The notes under the pieces: model-generated
The model's input: only the letters and a program-made list of their open reading frames with translations
Told to the model about the DNA's origin: nothing
The model's database searches: none
Shown here: piece after piece, positions 34,975 through 49,133 of the stretch
Numbering within the stretch: position 1 is the stretch's first letter
Layout of the letters: every line of letters begins with the position of its first letter
Assembly (NCBI RefSeq): GCF_902713615.1
Contig: NC_052172.1
Coordinates: 17,951,327 to 18,015,326, forward strand
Reading direction: 5' to 3'
DNA length: 64,000 bases
Source of the DNA: Scyliorhinus canicula
Lineage: Eukaryota
Made by a program: the position numbers and the translations under genes

Positions 34975-36855
34975 CAACTCGGAGCCGAGCTGGGGTAAAA
35001 TCTGCCTGCGGGGCTGGAATGTGTCCCAATTCGTACTGCCTTCCCAAGGAATCCTGTTGAATTGGGGGGGGTGGTTTGAGGAGGGGTTACAGAGAGCAGA
35101 GGGGTTGGGGCACTGTTGAATAACTTAACTGCCTGTTGTAAATACATCCGTTTGCGACGTTTGTTCTACCTTGCCCATTCTGTAAAATACTTGATCCTAA
35201 CTGTACGCACCTCTGCATACATGGCTGCGCAATCTTTGTGCTGTTGTCACGTGTGTTTGCGTGCCTTGGGCCCCACTAAGTTTGTCAATCATGCAAGTCT
35301 AAATTTTGCTGCATTGTGTGTGTGTGTTACTCTTTTTTTTCCCACCCCCAGCTGTTGAGACTCTCTCACCTGTGACGAGGCACGTGCTGGGCCAATGTCG
35401 GGGGAGCCACGCTGGATGTAGAAGAGTGAAAATCACAGCATCGCAGAAGCCACGTTCGGGGAAACCGCGTGCGTGGCTGGCCTGTGTCGCCTGAAATTGC
35501 CCATTTCCAAGCAAATCCTCACGGTGGGGGGGGGGGGGTTTGGTCACCGTGTAGTTTCCACAACGCCCGCTTTCTGTTCCCTCGCTCCTCTCTTTTGAGA
35601 TTTTCGTACACTCGAAACATGAGAGCATTTCAATTTGAGGAAGGGCAGACCCAGAAAGGCAACCCATCTCACTCCCGTTTCCGATACACTGCGATTTGTC
35701 TCTCGTCCAGCCTTTCACTGAAGAACTCCAAACATGTCCTGTCACAGCAGGCACATTAGTGAAGGGCACCAAACTCCAGTTTTTATATAAAAGAATGTTG
35801 GTACATGCTGACGACAATCTGCTACCCCACAAACGGCACAGGGGAAGATCACAGTTGCCCACCTTCTGATCTGACATTGAAGTTCAGGGGTGTGGGGAGG
35901 GGGATGAGATTTGACCCCACATATAGTTTTACACATCTGGGTGCTCTTTATACCAAGCCAGTATTTAGTTTAAAAAAAAAAATACGTGAATCATGTTTCT
36001 TCATTTCTACTGGAATTACAAACTCCAGCAGCAAATGCCTGGATTTGATTCCCTTTATTGGCTGTTGCGAATGGAGTGAGGCTGTCTTCCCCCAATCACA
36101 CTTTCGCAGTGGTAAGATTTTAGTGAAGTGCCAATTCTGGCCATACTGCTCCATTAACTTGGAACTGTGAAAGTCACTCCGCAGCCTTTCCCAATCTGCG
36201 GATGATCCCAAAGAGTTTTTTTTTATTGAGTTGGGCGACGCCGGAGTTCCTGGCTGGGGGTGTCCCGGGATAACGAGTTAAGACTGCATTTAAACCACAA
36301 TTTTTGCTTGGTACTAATCAAAGATTGGCAATACGATGGAGAGGGGTAATCTCCATTTTGCAGTATGTCTGGCTGAAGTTAGGCTGCACTTACTTGATAA
36401 CCGCACTTTCCCCACAGCACCGCCGCTTGTATTCGAATGCACTTTGGAGCATGAAATCAGAATTGCATCGGCTTAATTTGAGTGTTTTCCCACCCTGATT
36501 AAATTTGAGGCCAGATTGTCCGTAATGAGTTGGTTTGAATGAGCCTGCCGACTACGTAAAAGTGCTACAGTTTGATTCCGATTATGGTGGCTGGGAGCAG
36601 TGTGGTAGTCGCTCCGTAAAATGGTCCGACTACTCCAGCAAAATGTAGGCTCCCTGGATAGAACTCTCACCTCCTTGAGTCAGAAAGTTTGTAGGTATGA
36701 GTTCCACTCCAGAGACTTGAGCACAAAATGTTATACCAATACTCCCTGGTGCAGAACTTAAATCGTCACCAGTCAGCCCTTTCTCTATCTCTCCCCCCCC
36801 CCTCCCCCCTCTCAAAAGGAGAAAGCAGCCTATGGTCATCTGCAACTATCGTGAG

Positions 36856-36996
36856 AAGTCTTACAACACCAGGTTAAAGTCCAACCGGTTTGTTTGGAAT
36901 CACTAGCTCTTGGAGCTAGTGATGAAGGAGCTACGCTCCGAAAGCTAGTGATTCCAAACAAACCCTGTTGGACTTTAACCTGGTGTTGTAAGACTT
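36856..36996. mobile_element. Penelope-like-derived foldback (about 53-bp arms) with hammerhead-like spacer
   Basis: Arm 36856-36908 is nearly the reverse complement of 36943-36996. Spacer gtgatga-a-ggagc-tac-gctcc-gaaa. Confidence 0.65.
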
Positions 36997-39900
36997 GTTA
37001 CTGTGCTCACCCCAGTCCAACGCCGGCACCTCCACATCCACCTGCGACAATGGCAACTTTACTTTTACTTACTTTACTGAGGCACCTCCATCTTTTTGGA
37101 TGAGACCTTAGTGAACGTGTAAGAGCCCATGGCAACCAGTTCAAAGAAATGCCAGGGTGTTCTCCCCGATGTCTAGGCCAACATTCATCCCTCAAACAAC
37201 ATCACAAAGAAACAGATTATCTGGTCATTCTCACATCGCTGTTTGTGGAAACTTGTGTGCCATTATTTTTTTTACATCTATGTTGATGAAAGGTGCTATA
37301 TAGATGCAGGTTATTTTACACTCAGCTGCAGCTTGGGGGCATGTGTCTAACTTACTATCCAGAGGTCTCAATACGTTTTCACAGCCATGTAGCTATTAAG
37401 AGGAGTCTCTATCAGTCGTAAAGAATGTGGTGTTATGGTAGCAGGAGCTTAACCATGCTGGAACATCTGGAAAGGACGCCCAGCCCCTTCTAAAGGCTGG
37501 CACAGGATTACGGGCAAACATACACCTTTGTTCAATGGCAAGTTCTGTTCCCGTCGGAACGTCAGCCCTGGAGGTGACTGCACCAATCTCGGCTACAGCA
37601 GGATCTGTTTCTTTTCCATGGATCCACTCATCAAGTCCAGACTGCTCCTGGAAGCCAATCCCAAAGGCCCCGTAATCTGTCGTGGGAAGGCGGAGGCAGG
37701 AATATTTTCCCTTTAACCCAAGTGCAATCCAGATTATCAACTAAACCTCTGTTAATAAATCTGGTCACCCTGCCTGTGCCTTGAAGAGCATTGAGTGGTC
37801 AAATGAATCTGTGCCACCCAGCCACCAACCTGGAACATGACATAGAGCAGCTAGAATTATACAACACAGGAAGCCATTGAGCCCACTGTGGCTTCACAGC
37901 GCCAGGGGCCCAGGTTCGATTCCCCGCTGGCTCACTGTGCAGAGTCTGCACATTCTCCCCGTGTCTGCGTGGGTTTCCTCCGGGTGCTCCGATTTCCTCC
38001 CAGTCCAAAGACGTGCAGGTTAGGTGGATTGGCTTTGATTAATTGCCCTTAGTGACCAAAAAGGTTAGGAGGGGTTATTGGGTTACGGGGATAGGGTGGA
38101 AGTGAGGGCTTAAGTGGGTTGGTGCAGACTCGATGGGCCAAATAGCCTCCTCCTGCACTGTATGCTCTATGTTGTCCCCACAACTGATTATCAAAGCTCC
38201 ATGTGCCTGGCTGTGCTTTTAATTGTCAGCCCGAATGCAAATGCAGAATTAAAAAGTTTTGCACTTGCACCTAGACTGGATGGGGGAAGTGGTACAAATG
38301 TTTATTCTTTACTCATTGTAGGCCTGCTCATGGTTTGGGGGTAGTGTCTGTTCTAGTTCTGGAGCAGCTGGAGCACTTTTTCTGTTGGAGCTTGAGGCAG
38401 AAGCTGATCATATTTGGGGAAATGAATGATTTTGATACAGCCAAAACTGTCAGTGACAGAAAGGGGCAAGAATGGATCAAGTAAAACTCCCATCGCAGGT
38501 TCCTTTGGAAAATTACACTGTAATGGGTCCTTCAGTTCAACTAGTGGTCCGGCTGGCATTCCATACAAGCTTCCTCTATCTCACCTCAACAGTAACCCTA
38601 TTCATGTGGAATCTCACCCTGCACTAATTGACTGCTGGGTCTCCGACATTACAAAAGTGCCTCAACTTCAGAGGCATTTCGGTGGCTGTAAGGGTGTGAC
38701 GTGAAAGATGATATACAGAGCTCAAAGAATCCAGACAGTGCAGAAGGCCATTCGGCCCATCGAGTCTGCACCAACCCTCTGAAAGAGCACTCAACCTAGA
38801 CTCACCCCCCCGCCCTATCCCGGCGCATAAGAGCCTCTTCCGCTTCTCCATCCGTCTCTTCCTGACAATCTCTGCTCTCTCTCCAAGGTGGCAAAGTATA
38901 TGTGCAAAATGCCAGCGTGGTTGAAGTCAGTGTGTGTGGGTAATGTGTGTACTCAGCACAGCAATGTGATTTTTTTTTTTGTTGCTTTAATGACAGACAA
39001 GCTTATTTTGTTGTACTAAAAGATTTATTTACAAAATTATTGTAAAATTGATACAAATAAAATCTATTGACATGTCACCTGTGGTTAAAACTTCAGATGA
39101 TACAAAGCCAGGGCTGTCACAGTAGGGACACCAGGCAGAGCCGGCATGCAAGGCAACAGTAGATTGCAGCGAAAACAGAATGCTGGACAATCTCAGCAGG
39201 TCTGTGGGGAGAGAAGGGAGCTAACGTGGAGTCTGGATGGCTCCGTCGCACAGTCGTCCAGACTCGAAACGTTAGCTCTCCCCACAGACGCTGTCCGAAC
39301 CCGCTGAGACTCTGCAGCGTTTCCCGTTTCAGATTCCAGGGTCCGTAGCAATTTGCTTTTATCTCAGTAGAGTGCAGCCGTCTGCACAATCGGGCGGAGG
39401 GTTAAGGTTTAGGAGCGGAATCAAAGGCTGCCTTGGTGTTCATCACACATAAAATAAACACAGCCCGCCTCTCACTTTCGTACACTAGTTATCCAGCGTG
39501 TTACGCCGTTCATTCCAGTTAAATCCAAAGGTTACCTTGGTGAAAACCGGAAGCGGGTTTTTGCTTTCAACAAAAGGAATGTGAACACTCCCAAGTTTGA
39601 TAGTAAAGGCATCTGAAAATGAATTATCACGCCCCAGGTACAATGTTAACCTCCGATGCTGACTCAGTTGTTGAGCATTTTCACTTTCTGATACCAAATC
39701 GACAGTATCGTTTCCTGCTTCAAGATTAGGAGAACTACAACCATAAGGTTACAGAGTTGTCCACACACGAAGAGATAAAGTTGCACCTCACTGTCCAAAT
39801 CAGACCAGTGAGGAACAGGTCAAACCGAGTGATTAGCATTAAAAGGCCTCCGTTGCTGCGTTAGTGAGCGGTGACTCTGTGAATGGTGGACAGACTGACT

Positions 39901-42900
39901 GGTACTGAGCTCACCTGAACCCACACACAAAAGTTAAAATAAAAGAGGATCTTAAAATGGAAAATTCATTGGGTGGGTCCCTTAAGCTAATCAGATACAA
40001 GGTTTGAAGAACTGGACCCAGTGCTGGGGATTTAAACACTTGGACTTATGAATCGCTAAAGCTGCCTGAGAGCATGGACACAGAGTCGTATGAACTATTA
40101 GCACCACAATGGAAGCATGGTAGCGCAGTGGTTAGCACTGCTGCCTCACAGCACCGAGATCCCAGGTTCGATTTCGGCTCTGGGTCACTGTCCGTGTGGA
40201 ATTTGCACATTCTCCCCGTGTTTGTGTGGGTTTCGCCCCCACAACCCCAAAGATGTGCAGGGTAGGTGGATTGGCCACGCTAAATTGCCCTTAATTGAAA
40301 AAAAAAAAATTGGGTACTCTAAATTTATTTATTCTTAAAAATCCAGGCTTCTTGTCCTCGTCACATCTCCTCCCAAACTCCCACCCCAAAACATCTTTCA
40401 GAACGAGATTTTCACAGGACGAGCTCAGTCTTCCCACGCGTATGTTTTGCTCCTGAATAGGGCCCAGCTTTAATTCATTTTTAAAAAATATATAAATTTA
40501 GAGTACCCAATTCATTTTTTCCAATTAAGGAGCAATTTAGTGTGCCCAATCCACCGACCCTGCACATCTTTGGGTTGTGGGGGCGAAACCCACGCAGACA
40601 CGGGGAGAATGTGCAAACTCCACACGGGCAGTGACCCAGAGTCGGGATCAAACCTGGGACCTCGGCGCCGTGAGGCAGCAGGGCTAACCCACTGCACCAC
40701 CGTGCTGCCCTACCTCTCAATTAATTAACGCTCATCTCAAAAGTTATTTTAAGTGAATAAAACACAAGTTTGAAATATGACGCGAATCAAGGCGGTCAGA
40801 GTGTGCAGTAACTGGCCAGACAGCACCTGGAATACACAGTTCTGGTCACTGCTCCACAAGGGAAATAATGCTTCACTCAAAAGGGTTGGAATTCGCAATC
40901 CCGGAGGGTTGCGGTCGCTCCCTCGTTGAAAACATTCAAGGCTGTGGGATAGACATCTTTGGTGCCTCAGGGAATTAAGGGTTGTGGGGAGCGGGCGGTA
41001 ACGTAGAGGTGAAGACCAGATCAGCCATGATAGTACCGTGAGTGGCACGATAGCACAGTGGTTAGCACAGTTGTTTCACAGCTCCAGGGTCCCAGTTTCG
41101 ATTCCAGGCTGGGGTCACTGCCTGTGCGGAATCTGTACGTTCTCCCGTGTCTGCGTGGGTTTCCTCCCACAGTCCTGAAAGATGTGAGGCGAGGTGGATT
41201 GGCCATGCTAAATTGCCCTCAGTATCCAAAAAGGTTGGGTGGGGTTACGGGGATAGGTTGGAAGTGTGGGCTTAAGTGAGGTGCTCTTTCCAAGGGCTGG
41301 TGCAGACCTGATGGGCCCAATGGCCTCCTTCTGCACTGTAAATTCCATGATCTATGACTGCGGGAGCTGCCTTGATGGGACAAACGGCCTAATCTGGACC
41401 CTTCCCCCCCCCCCCCCCCCCCCGTTCTTGTATTTAAGGGCTAGAGGCAGCTCAGAGGATAGACGTGTACCTGATCCTTATAGAGTTAAAGTCCTGGGTT
41501 GACTGGAAGGATCTGAATGGTAATCTTACAAAGAAAGTTGAAGGGAATAGAAAAAGATAAATGTCAGGGTACAAAGATATTGGTGCAGCAGTATTTCAGA
41601 GACACTGGCTGATGTTGCTCGAATGTAAATTTTGCTCTATTAGGGAATTCTTCAGAATGACGCGCACATGGAATGAACTTCTAGATATCGGGGGAGACGG
41701 GGGAACAATCTGGGAACATTCTAAAACTAATTGGCTGCCAAAATAAGGGCATCGCAATTATATGGGCCAAATGGCCTTCACTCATAATAACCTTGCAAAG
41801 CAAATTAATTGGCAATGCCAGGTCTATTATCGTCGTACTATCCGGCCTTTGTTTTGCATTGTGGCTTCGGATCGCTCAGCGGTACAGTTAGGAAATACTT
41901 CTGCAGACAAATTGTGACACGGATAGAAACAAAGGTTCTGGTAAAATGCAACAGGTCCGGCAACATCTGCGCAGAGAGTAACAAGCGTTGACGTCACAGG
42001 TCGCATGACTCTTCTGTGGAGCTGCAGGGAGGTAGCAACGTGAAGGGTGTTGATAGGAGCAGGTTGACGGTCTGGGATGGGGGGGTACGGTTAAATAACA
42101 AAGATGCAAAGGAACAAACGGCGACGGGGGCGGTCATGGTTGGCAGAGGTTTAGAACTCTTAGGCAAAAGGCAACCGGTGTGAGCTAGATCAATTGTTTA
42201 ATCTGATACCGTAGAGACTTATTTTTGCTAAGCTGAGGTATTAATGGATATGGGGCAAAATACAGAGTTTGGTTAGAAATCAGCCAAGATCTCAATGAGG
42301 GGCTGAATGGCCGACTCTCTTTTGTTCTGTGACATTTCAGTGAGTGGACAGTCATGGGTGCCTTTTCACTGAAAGGCTTGAAGGCCTGTGCTCATTTGGT
42401 GTGGGGGCTCATACCCAGGGAATTGACCCCTCGATAATTCCACACCCGGGATATTGTACAGAACACAGCACACGGGGAAGAATCACAGCCCGTATTAACG
42501 CGAGCAGCACTGGGAGGCGGTTTTCACCAGCCGCAGGTCCTGATCTCAACTCTCTAGATATTGGTCACACTCTGCCCACGCTCTCTCCCGACACACGGTA
42601 GATAATCCGTGTTGATCGTTCTCTCTGCGTTTAGGCAGAGTCATGGTCAGTAACTGTGCACACCCTTGGTTCGCCTAATAGTGTAACAGCCGCACAAAGG
42701 CGACACAGGACACAAAATGTTCGGCAATTTTAACCCAATCTTCCCATTTACAGTAAACAAATAAAGACGCGCCGTCCTTGAAGAGAAGGAAGCCTCGTTT
42801 AGTCCGCACGGGCTGTGATGATTTTGATCTGGGCCACGCAGATCGCTGAGGGCTGGTTGTCTGCACCCGTGCGGCCGTGGCAGCTTCCTCCCCTCCCCGG

Positions 42901-42921
42901 CTGGAGGATTTGCCGCCTCAC

Positions 42922-43016
42922 TCACTCAGTCCGTGCGCCCAGCTTCTCCATGTACACCTGCAACGCATTAAGCCTGGCGTCGATTTCGGAAAGATCGCAC
43001 GAATCCAAGTAATTTT
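42922..43016 (-). CDS. CCDC61: Coiled-coil domain-containing protein 61, last exon
   Basis: ENYLDSCDLSEIDARLNALQVYMEKLGARTE* matches the CCDC61 C-terminal motif EIDARLKALQEYM. Acceptor cccttccag, phase 1. Confidence 0.93.
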
Positions 43017-43598
43017 CTGGAAGGGGAATAAATATCCAATTTTCATGCATTTTGAGAGAAACCCAACTTGCTGTCAGGTCACACAAAAGCTGTTCAGCTC
43101 CTCCTCTTGCTGAGCTGTACAGCTTCTGCCCCAAACAGATAAAAAAGCTGATTTAGCTCAGTGGGCTAGACAGCTGCTATGTAATGCAGAACAAGGCCAG
43201 CACCGCGGGTTCAATTCCCGTACCAACCACTCCGAACAGGCGCCGGAATGTGGCAACGAGGGGCTTTGCACAGTAACTTCATACTTGAGACAATAAAAGA
43301 TTATTAGAGGGCAGCACGGTGGCGCAGTGGGTTAGCACTGCTGCCTCACGGCGCTGAGGTCCCAGGTTCGATCCCGGCTCTGGGTCACTCTCCGTGTGGA
43401 GTTTGCACATTCTCCCCGTGTCTGCGTGGGTTTCACCCCCACAACCCAAAAGATGTGCAGGGTAGGTGGATTGGCCAGGCTGAATTACCCCTTAATTGGA
43501 AAACAGTGAATTGGGTACTCTAAAATTTCATTAAAAAATAAAATAAATAAAAAGTTATTATTATTTCACCTCCTCTCCGACCCTCGCTCCCTCTAGCC

Positions 43599-44034
43599 CA
43601 GGGGTGGGCAAACTTTTCCGTGCAAGGGCCGCATTCAGAAATTCACAATTTTAAAGGGCCGCATAGTATATTAATTAATAGTCCCGGTTGTAACCAATTA
43701 GTGTGCGGCATATACCTCAGCGCTTCCCCCGCCGGCATCCTGCCTTTAGCCCTCTTTTTCTCTGCTTTTCAAAAATGGCGCTTCACCCGGTTATGATTCT
43801 GGGCGCCTCATATAGAACAGTACAGCACAGAACAGGCCCTTCGGCCCTCGATGTTGTGCCGAGCAATGATCACCCTACTCAAGTCAACGTATCCACCCTA
43901 TACCAGTAACCCAATAGCCCCCTCCATTAACAAAAATTATTTTTTTTTTTTTTTGATGACTTGATCTTGGTGGGCCGCATAAAGACCTTTGGCGGGCCGC
44001 ATGCAGCCCGCGGGTCGTAGTTTGCCCACCCCTG
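43599..44034 (+). mobile_element. Non-autonomous hAT element (MITE)
   Basis: TIRs CAGGGGTGGGCAAAC / GTTTGCCCACCCCTG. Perfect 8-bp TSD ctctagcc at 43591-43598 and 44035-44042. Confidence 0.92.
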
Positions 44035-44933
44035 CTCTAGCCAGTATCTCAGCCAGCAGTTAGGTCAAGATCAGGGGTTCAGGATACACAAAGCCAGTAT
44101 CTCACAGCTACATGGCGCAGCATGACCCAGCTCGAACGAGCTAGGTACCACCACCCAGGCAGGCAGTCACATCCTTAGTCATGATTTGGGGGCTCCCCAC
44201 ATGCTTCCCCCCCCCCCCCCCCCTTCTGTTCTGGTGTCTCCCAAGCATCTTACATATGCCGCCCTCCCTCCCCCACCCTATCTCTGACCTACTCGGTGTC
44301 CCTTGGCAGCATCTCCCAATAGCACAACCTTTGTTTTCACACGTAGACCGATGCCACCTCACCATCTCGACTCGTCCACTTGGTAAACTATTAGGCGGTT
44401 TAATCAAAATCCGGAACTGGAGGGGTCAGAAATTTCCACTAATTAACTATTGGCAAAACATCTGAAGAATTTGTCGCTGCTCCGACTTCCGTTCCCTCAC
44501 AACCCACTGCGTCCATCTCGTTGGCAACTGTCTGAGATTGCAACCTTGCTGTCAGTCATGTTTGAGCCAGATACAAGCATCTGATCACAGATCTGCCCCA
44601 TCAACACAGCCTCCTTTTTCTTCTCTTCCGTAACATCCACTGTCTTTTCTCCTGTCTCCACTCACCTGCTACTGAAACCTTCCTCCACACCTGCCGTGAT
44701 TGTAAAATTCTTATCCTTGTTTTTTTTCCCTCCAAGGCCTCGTCCCCTCCCGAGCTCTGAAATCTCCTCCAGCCCCTCAACCCTCTGAAATATCTGCACT
44801 CCTCTAATTCGGGCCTCATGAGCATTCTCAATTTTAACCGTTCCCTCATTGGGGGCCGTGCCTTCAGCTGCCTGGGGCCCCCAACATTAGTTAGTGGAAG
44901 GAACTATTTAATTGGACAGAACCACACGCTTAC

Positions 44934-44994
44934 CTTTGTTTTGCTTAGTCGGTGTGCTGGCTAAATGTTTCCTTGGTTTTGGCTTCCTCTGTGG
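44934..44994 (-). CDS. CCDC61: CCDC61 internal exon
   Basis: PQRKPKPRKHLASTPTKQNK. Acceptor gtttctcccag, donor gtaagc. Phases 0/1 fit the neighbours. Confidence 0.78.
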
Positions 44995-46152
44995 CTGGGA
45001 GAAACAGAACAAGGAGGTTGAGATTTCATAGGCTCACAAAGATGGGTGGCACGGTGGTTATAATCATAATCTTTATTATTGTCACACGTACATTTACATT
45101 AACACTGCAATTAAGTTACTGTGAAAATCCCCTAGTCGCCACACTTCGGTGCCTGTTCGGGTGCACGGAGGGGGAATTCAGAATGTCCAATTCACCTAAC
45201 AGCACATCTTTCGGGACTTGTGGGAGGAAACCGGAGCTCCCGGAGGAAGCCCACGCAGACACTGGGAGAACGTGCAGACTCCGCAGACTGTGACCCAAGC
45301 CGGGAATCGAACCTGGGACCCTGGCGCTGCGAAGCAACAGTGCTAACCACGGTGCTACCGTGCCGCCCCATAGCGCCAGGGACCCGGGTTCAATTCCGGC
45401 CTTGGGTCACTGTCTGTGTGGAGTCTGCAGTTTCTCCCCGTGTCTGCATGGGTTTCCTCCGGGTGCTTCGGTTTCCTCCCTCAGTCGAAAGATGTGCAGG
45501 TTGGGTGGATTGGCTGTGATAAACTACTCTTGTGTTCAGTCAAACAAGGTCTCTATTACAATAATCATATGGGATTTCAAGAGTAAACACTTCTTAAAGG
45601 GGGAAAAAAGTCCAGCGGGAGCCACCTCGTGTGCTGCTTCCTGCCATATTACGCCACCGGAATACCCACCATCCCAGTTCTTTGAAAGAACTATCCAATC
45701 AATCCCATTTGGCCAGCAAACTCATCCCTTTCGAGTATTTCAGCAGTTCCCCCTTTGTCCGCAACTACTGAATCTGCTCCCAAAACCTTTCCGAGACATG
45801 CATTCCCAAATCTTTTAGGTTTAGCGGTGGGAAATGGATGACAAGAGAGATGGGGATGGAACTTACAACTGCGCCTCCCGCAGCAAATCATCACCAGGGA
45901 TCATTTTAAAACAAATGACCTGGTCATCACCCGCGTTGCTGTTCATGGGATCTTGCTGTGTGCAAAGCGGTCACCCCCGTTTCTGACATTAAGACCACGA
46001 TCGCATCAGAAAGCTACTTGATTAGTTGTGAAGTGCTTTGGCATGTCCCGAGGGATCGGAAAACGCGCGGTGTGGTTAGAGGGCAATGCTTGAACTAAAA
46101 TCAGAGGAAGCAGCAAAGGGGGAATCCAGATTTCAGTGGATCAGGGACTCAC

Positions 46153-46216
46153 CAAGTTCGGACTGCTCCATGCAGCCAATCCCAATGGCCGTTTAGGTTT
46201 CCTGCTCCTCTGCAAT
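46153..46216 (-). CDS. CCDC61: CCDC61 internal exon
   Basis: LQRSRKPKRPLGLAAWSSPNL (compare human GKPPSPTPWSGSNM). Donor gtgagt. Phases 2/0. Confidence 0.8.
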
Positions 46217-48611
46217 CTGTTGTGCCAAGGCGAAAAGAAGGGGTTGATGGTGGGGTGGTTAAAAATAAGAATATTTTTCTTTTAAACTCATTACAATATT
46301 GCACTCATTATCAGCAAAACGTCAAGAAGACTGGGCGATTAAATCCATCACCTTCTGGTCTGTACTGTGTGTGCCTTGCACTGCGCTGAGCGGTGAAATT
46401 AATCTGGACCAGCCAGCTAACTACACAAACCTAGAACTTAACACAAGGCACCTAGAATCATGGAGGCACAAGGAGGCCATTCAGCCCATCATTTTTCAAT
46501 GAGCTATCCAATTATTCCCTTTCCCCTTCACTCATCATGATCCTATAGGTTTAAAAAATATATACATATCCAATTTCCATTTGCAAGCTATCCGTAATGG
46601 GTCTAATTTTTTTTTAAAATTTAGGTTCGCAGTAAGTTTTCTAAAGGTGGAAGACATATTGTGAGGCAGGGTGTGTACGAGACTTACTCAATGTGGTCCT
46701 GCCAACCATTGGGGTACTGGCATCTCATTACAGACTTCCGATTGAGATCGTAGATATATATTTTTTAAAAATTCCAATTAAGGGGCAATTTAGCGTGGCC
46801 AATCCACCTACCCTGCACATCTTTGGGTTGTGGGGGTGAGACCCACGTAGACACAGGGAGAATGTGCAAACTCCACATGGACAGTGACCCGTGGCTGGGA
46901 TCGAACACGAATCCTCAGTGGCGTGAGGCACCAGTGCTAAACGCTGTGCCGCCCGTGATCGTAGATATGGTTAGAATATCCATAGGAACAGAGAATTGGC
47001 CAATGTGGAACACAGGATGGCATAACCTCGCATGTGTGTCTCAGGAACGAGTGTGCTACAAGAATCTGGGTTCTGGGGGCAGCACGGTGACGCAGTGGTC
47101 AGCACATATATTAATGGTTCGACCCCAGCCCCAGGTCACTCTCCGTGTGGAATTTGCACATTCTCCCCGTGTCTGTGTGGGTCTGACCCCCACAACCCAA
47201 AAGATGTGCAGTGTTGGCGAATTGGCCACGCTAAATTGCCCCTTAATTGGGGAAAAAAAAAAAGAACTGGGTACTCTAAATTTATTTTTAAAAAGGATCT
47301 GGGTTCAAGCCTCACTCAAAACAAGCTGCGTTTGGCACCGAGGGAGTGAAACACAGTTAGGGGTTGCTGGCTTGCAGAAGGAAGGTTAAAACGGGGCTCC
47401 ATTTGCCCTCTTGGGTAGACGTGCGAGATCCAGTGGCTACTAAATGAAGAGCAGAGAGTTCTCGGCAACATAAACATATCCAGATCTTGTACCGCTGTCA
47501 CTAGGGTTTCAGGATGAAACTGGCGAACTATACCCAGTTAAATTGGGGTAGGTGACAGGATGGCACGGCGGCGCAGTGGTTAGCCCTGCTGCCTCATGGC
47601 GCCGAGGTCCCAGGTTCAATCCCGGCTCTGGGTCACTGTCCGTGTGGAGTTTGCACATTCTCCTCGTGTCTGCGTGGGTTTTGCCCCCACAACCCAAAGA
47701 TGTGCAGGGTAGGTGGATTGGCCATGCTAAATTGCCTCTTAATTGGAAACAATGAATTGGGTATTCTAACATTTATAAAACAAAAACAAAAATTGGGGTA
47801 GGGGAAAAAACGTGCAGTTCAATTCTCAAAACCGGTGCTGTGTTTGAAGAGTAAGAAGTTTGGAGAGGGGGTGATGTTGTTGAAGCGTACAGGACCCGAG
47901 GGGGTTTGACAGGGTTGATGCTGAAAGGATGTTTCCTCTCTTGGGGGCGATCTAGAACTAGGAGGTACAGTTTAAAGAGGTTTCCCATTTACGATGGGGA
48001 GGAGGTTTTTCTCTCTCAGCGATCGGATAGTCTGTGAAATTCTCTACCCCAGAGAGCAGCAGAGGGCTGGGTCACTGAATATCTTCAAGGCTGAGGCAGG
48101 AAGATATTTGATCGACAAGGGAGTCGAGGGTTACGGGGCACAGACAGGAAAAGGCCACATCAGATCAGCCATGATCTTTTAAAAAAAAAAAAAATTTAGA
48201 TTACCCAATTATTTTTTCCAATTAAGGGGCAATTTAGCGTGTCCAATCCACCTACTCTGCACATTTTTCGGTTTTGGGGGGGCGAAACCCGCGCAGACAC
48301 TGGGAGAATGTGCAAACTCCACACGGACAGTGACCCAGAGCCGGGATCGAACCTGGGACCTCGGCGCCATGAGGCAGCTGTGCTAACAACTAGGCCACCG
48401 TGCTGCCCAGGTCAGCCATGATCTTAATGAGTGTCTGGGAAAACTCGAGGGGACGGAATGGCCTCCCCCTGCTCCGACATCTCAGGTCCTCGCGGTGGAA
48501 ACAATTTCGGAAGAATATAGAAATTAGAAGCAGCACATCGGACAGTGTGTTAAAACCAATTCACGAAACACAGGCTCTGGCAACACTGCCCACTTTGCGT
48601 CAAATGTCTAC

Positions 48612-48690
48612 CTGGATCTGGCGTGTCCTCTGCTGTCTTCAAAGTCACTGGCCGAGCTTGCGGAGGAGAATCTGCTCTGGCGAAATTCCG
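48612..48690 (-). CDS. CCDC61: CCDC61 internal exon
   Basis: AEFRQSRFSSASSASDFEDSRGHARS (compare SRCSSASSCSDLED). Acceptor ctcttccgcag. Phases 1/2. Confidence 0.88.
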
Positions 48691-49133
48691 CTGCGGAAGA
48701 GATGTAACCAGGTGAGTAGCATCCCAGCGGACAGGTGAGAACCCACCCCTTAACTTGGCAGAGGCCGCAGGGGCAACCTCCTTACAAACAAAGGGCAGGA
48801 GGAAGCCATTCGGCCCCTCGGGCCTGCTCCGCCATTTAATAAGATCACGATTGATCACACAGTAACCTCAAACCTGCCCCCACCTAACCCCAATAACCCA
48901 TCACCCCTCTCAGAATCCAAGACCGTCTACCTTTCCATGGAGACCCAGAGACCAGATAAACAGCCCTCTGCCCGCCCAAAATCCAGGACCTGGCTGATTG
49001 CCGCTCCCTCCTTTGTGTTTTTAAGTAATATTCAGGGCTGATTTCACTCTGCGCCCGTTTCGTATTTTACCTGCATCATCAGATGTCTCTCTTTCAGTTT
49101 TGTCCAAAGTTCGAGGAACTTGATCCTCTAATC

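Noticed and set aside
37453-37716. Stop-free unique-sequence frame downstream of OPA3
   Set aside because: It has no ATG, no convincing splice sites and no recognisable similarity. It is probably UTR or intergenic.
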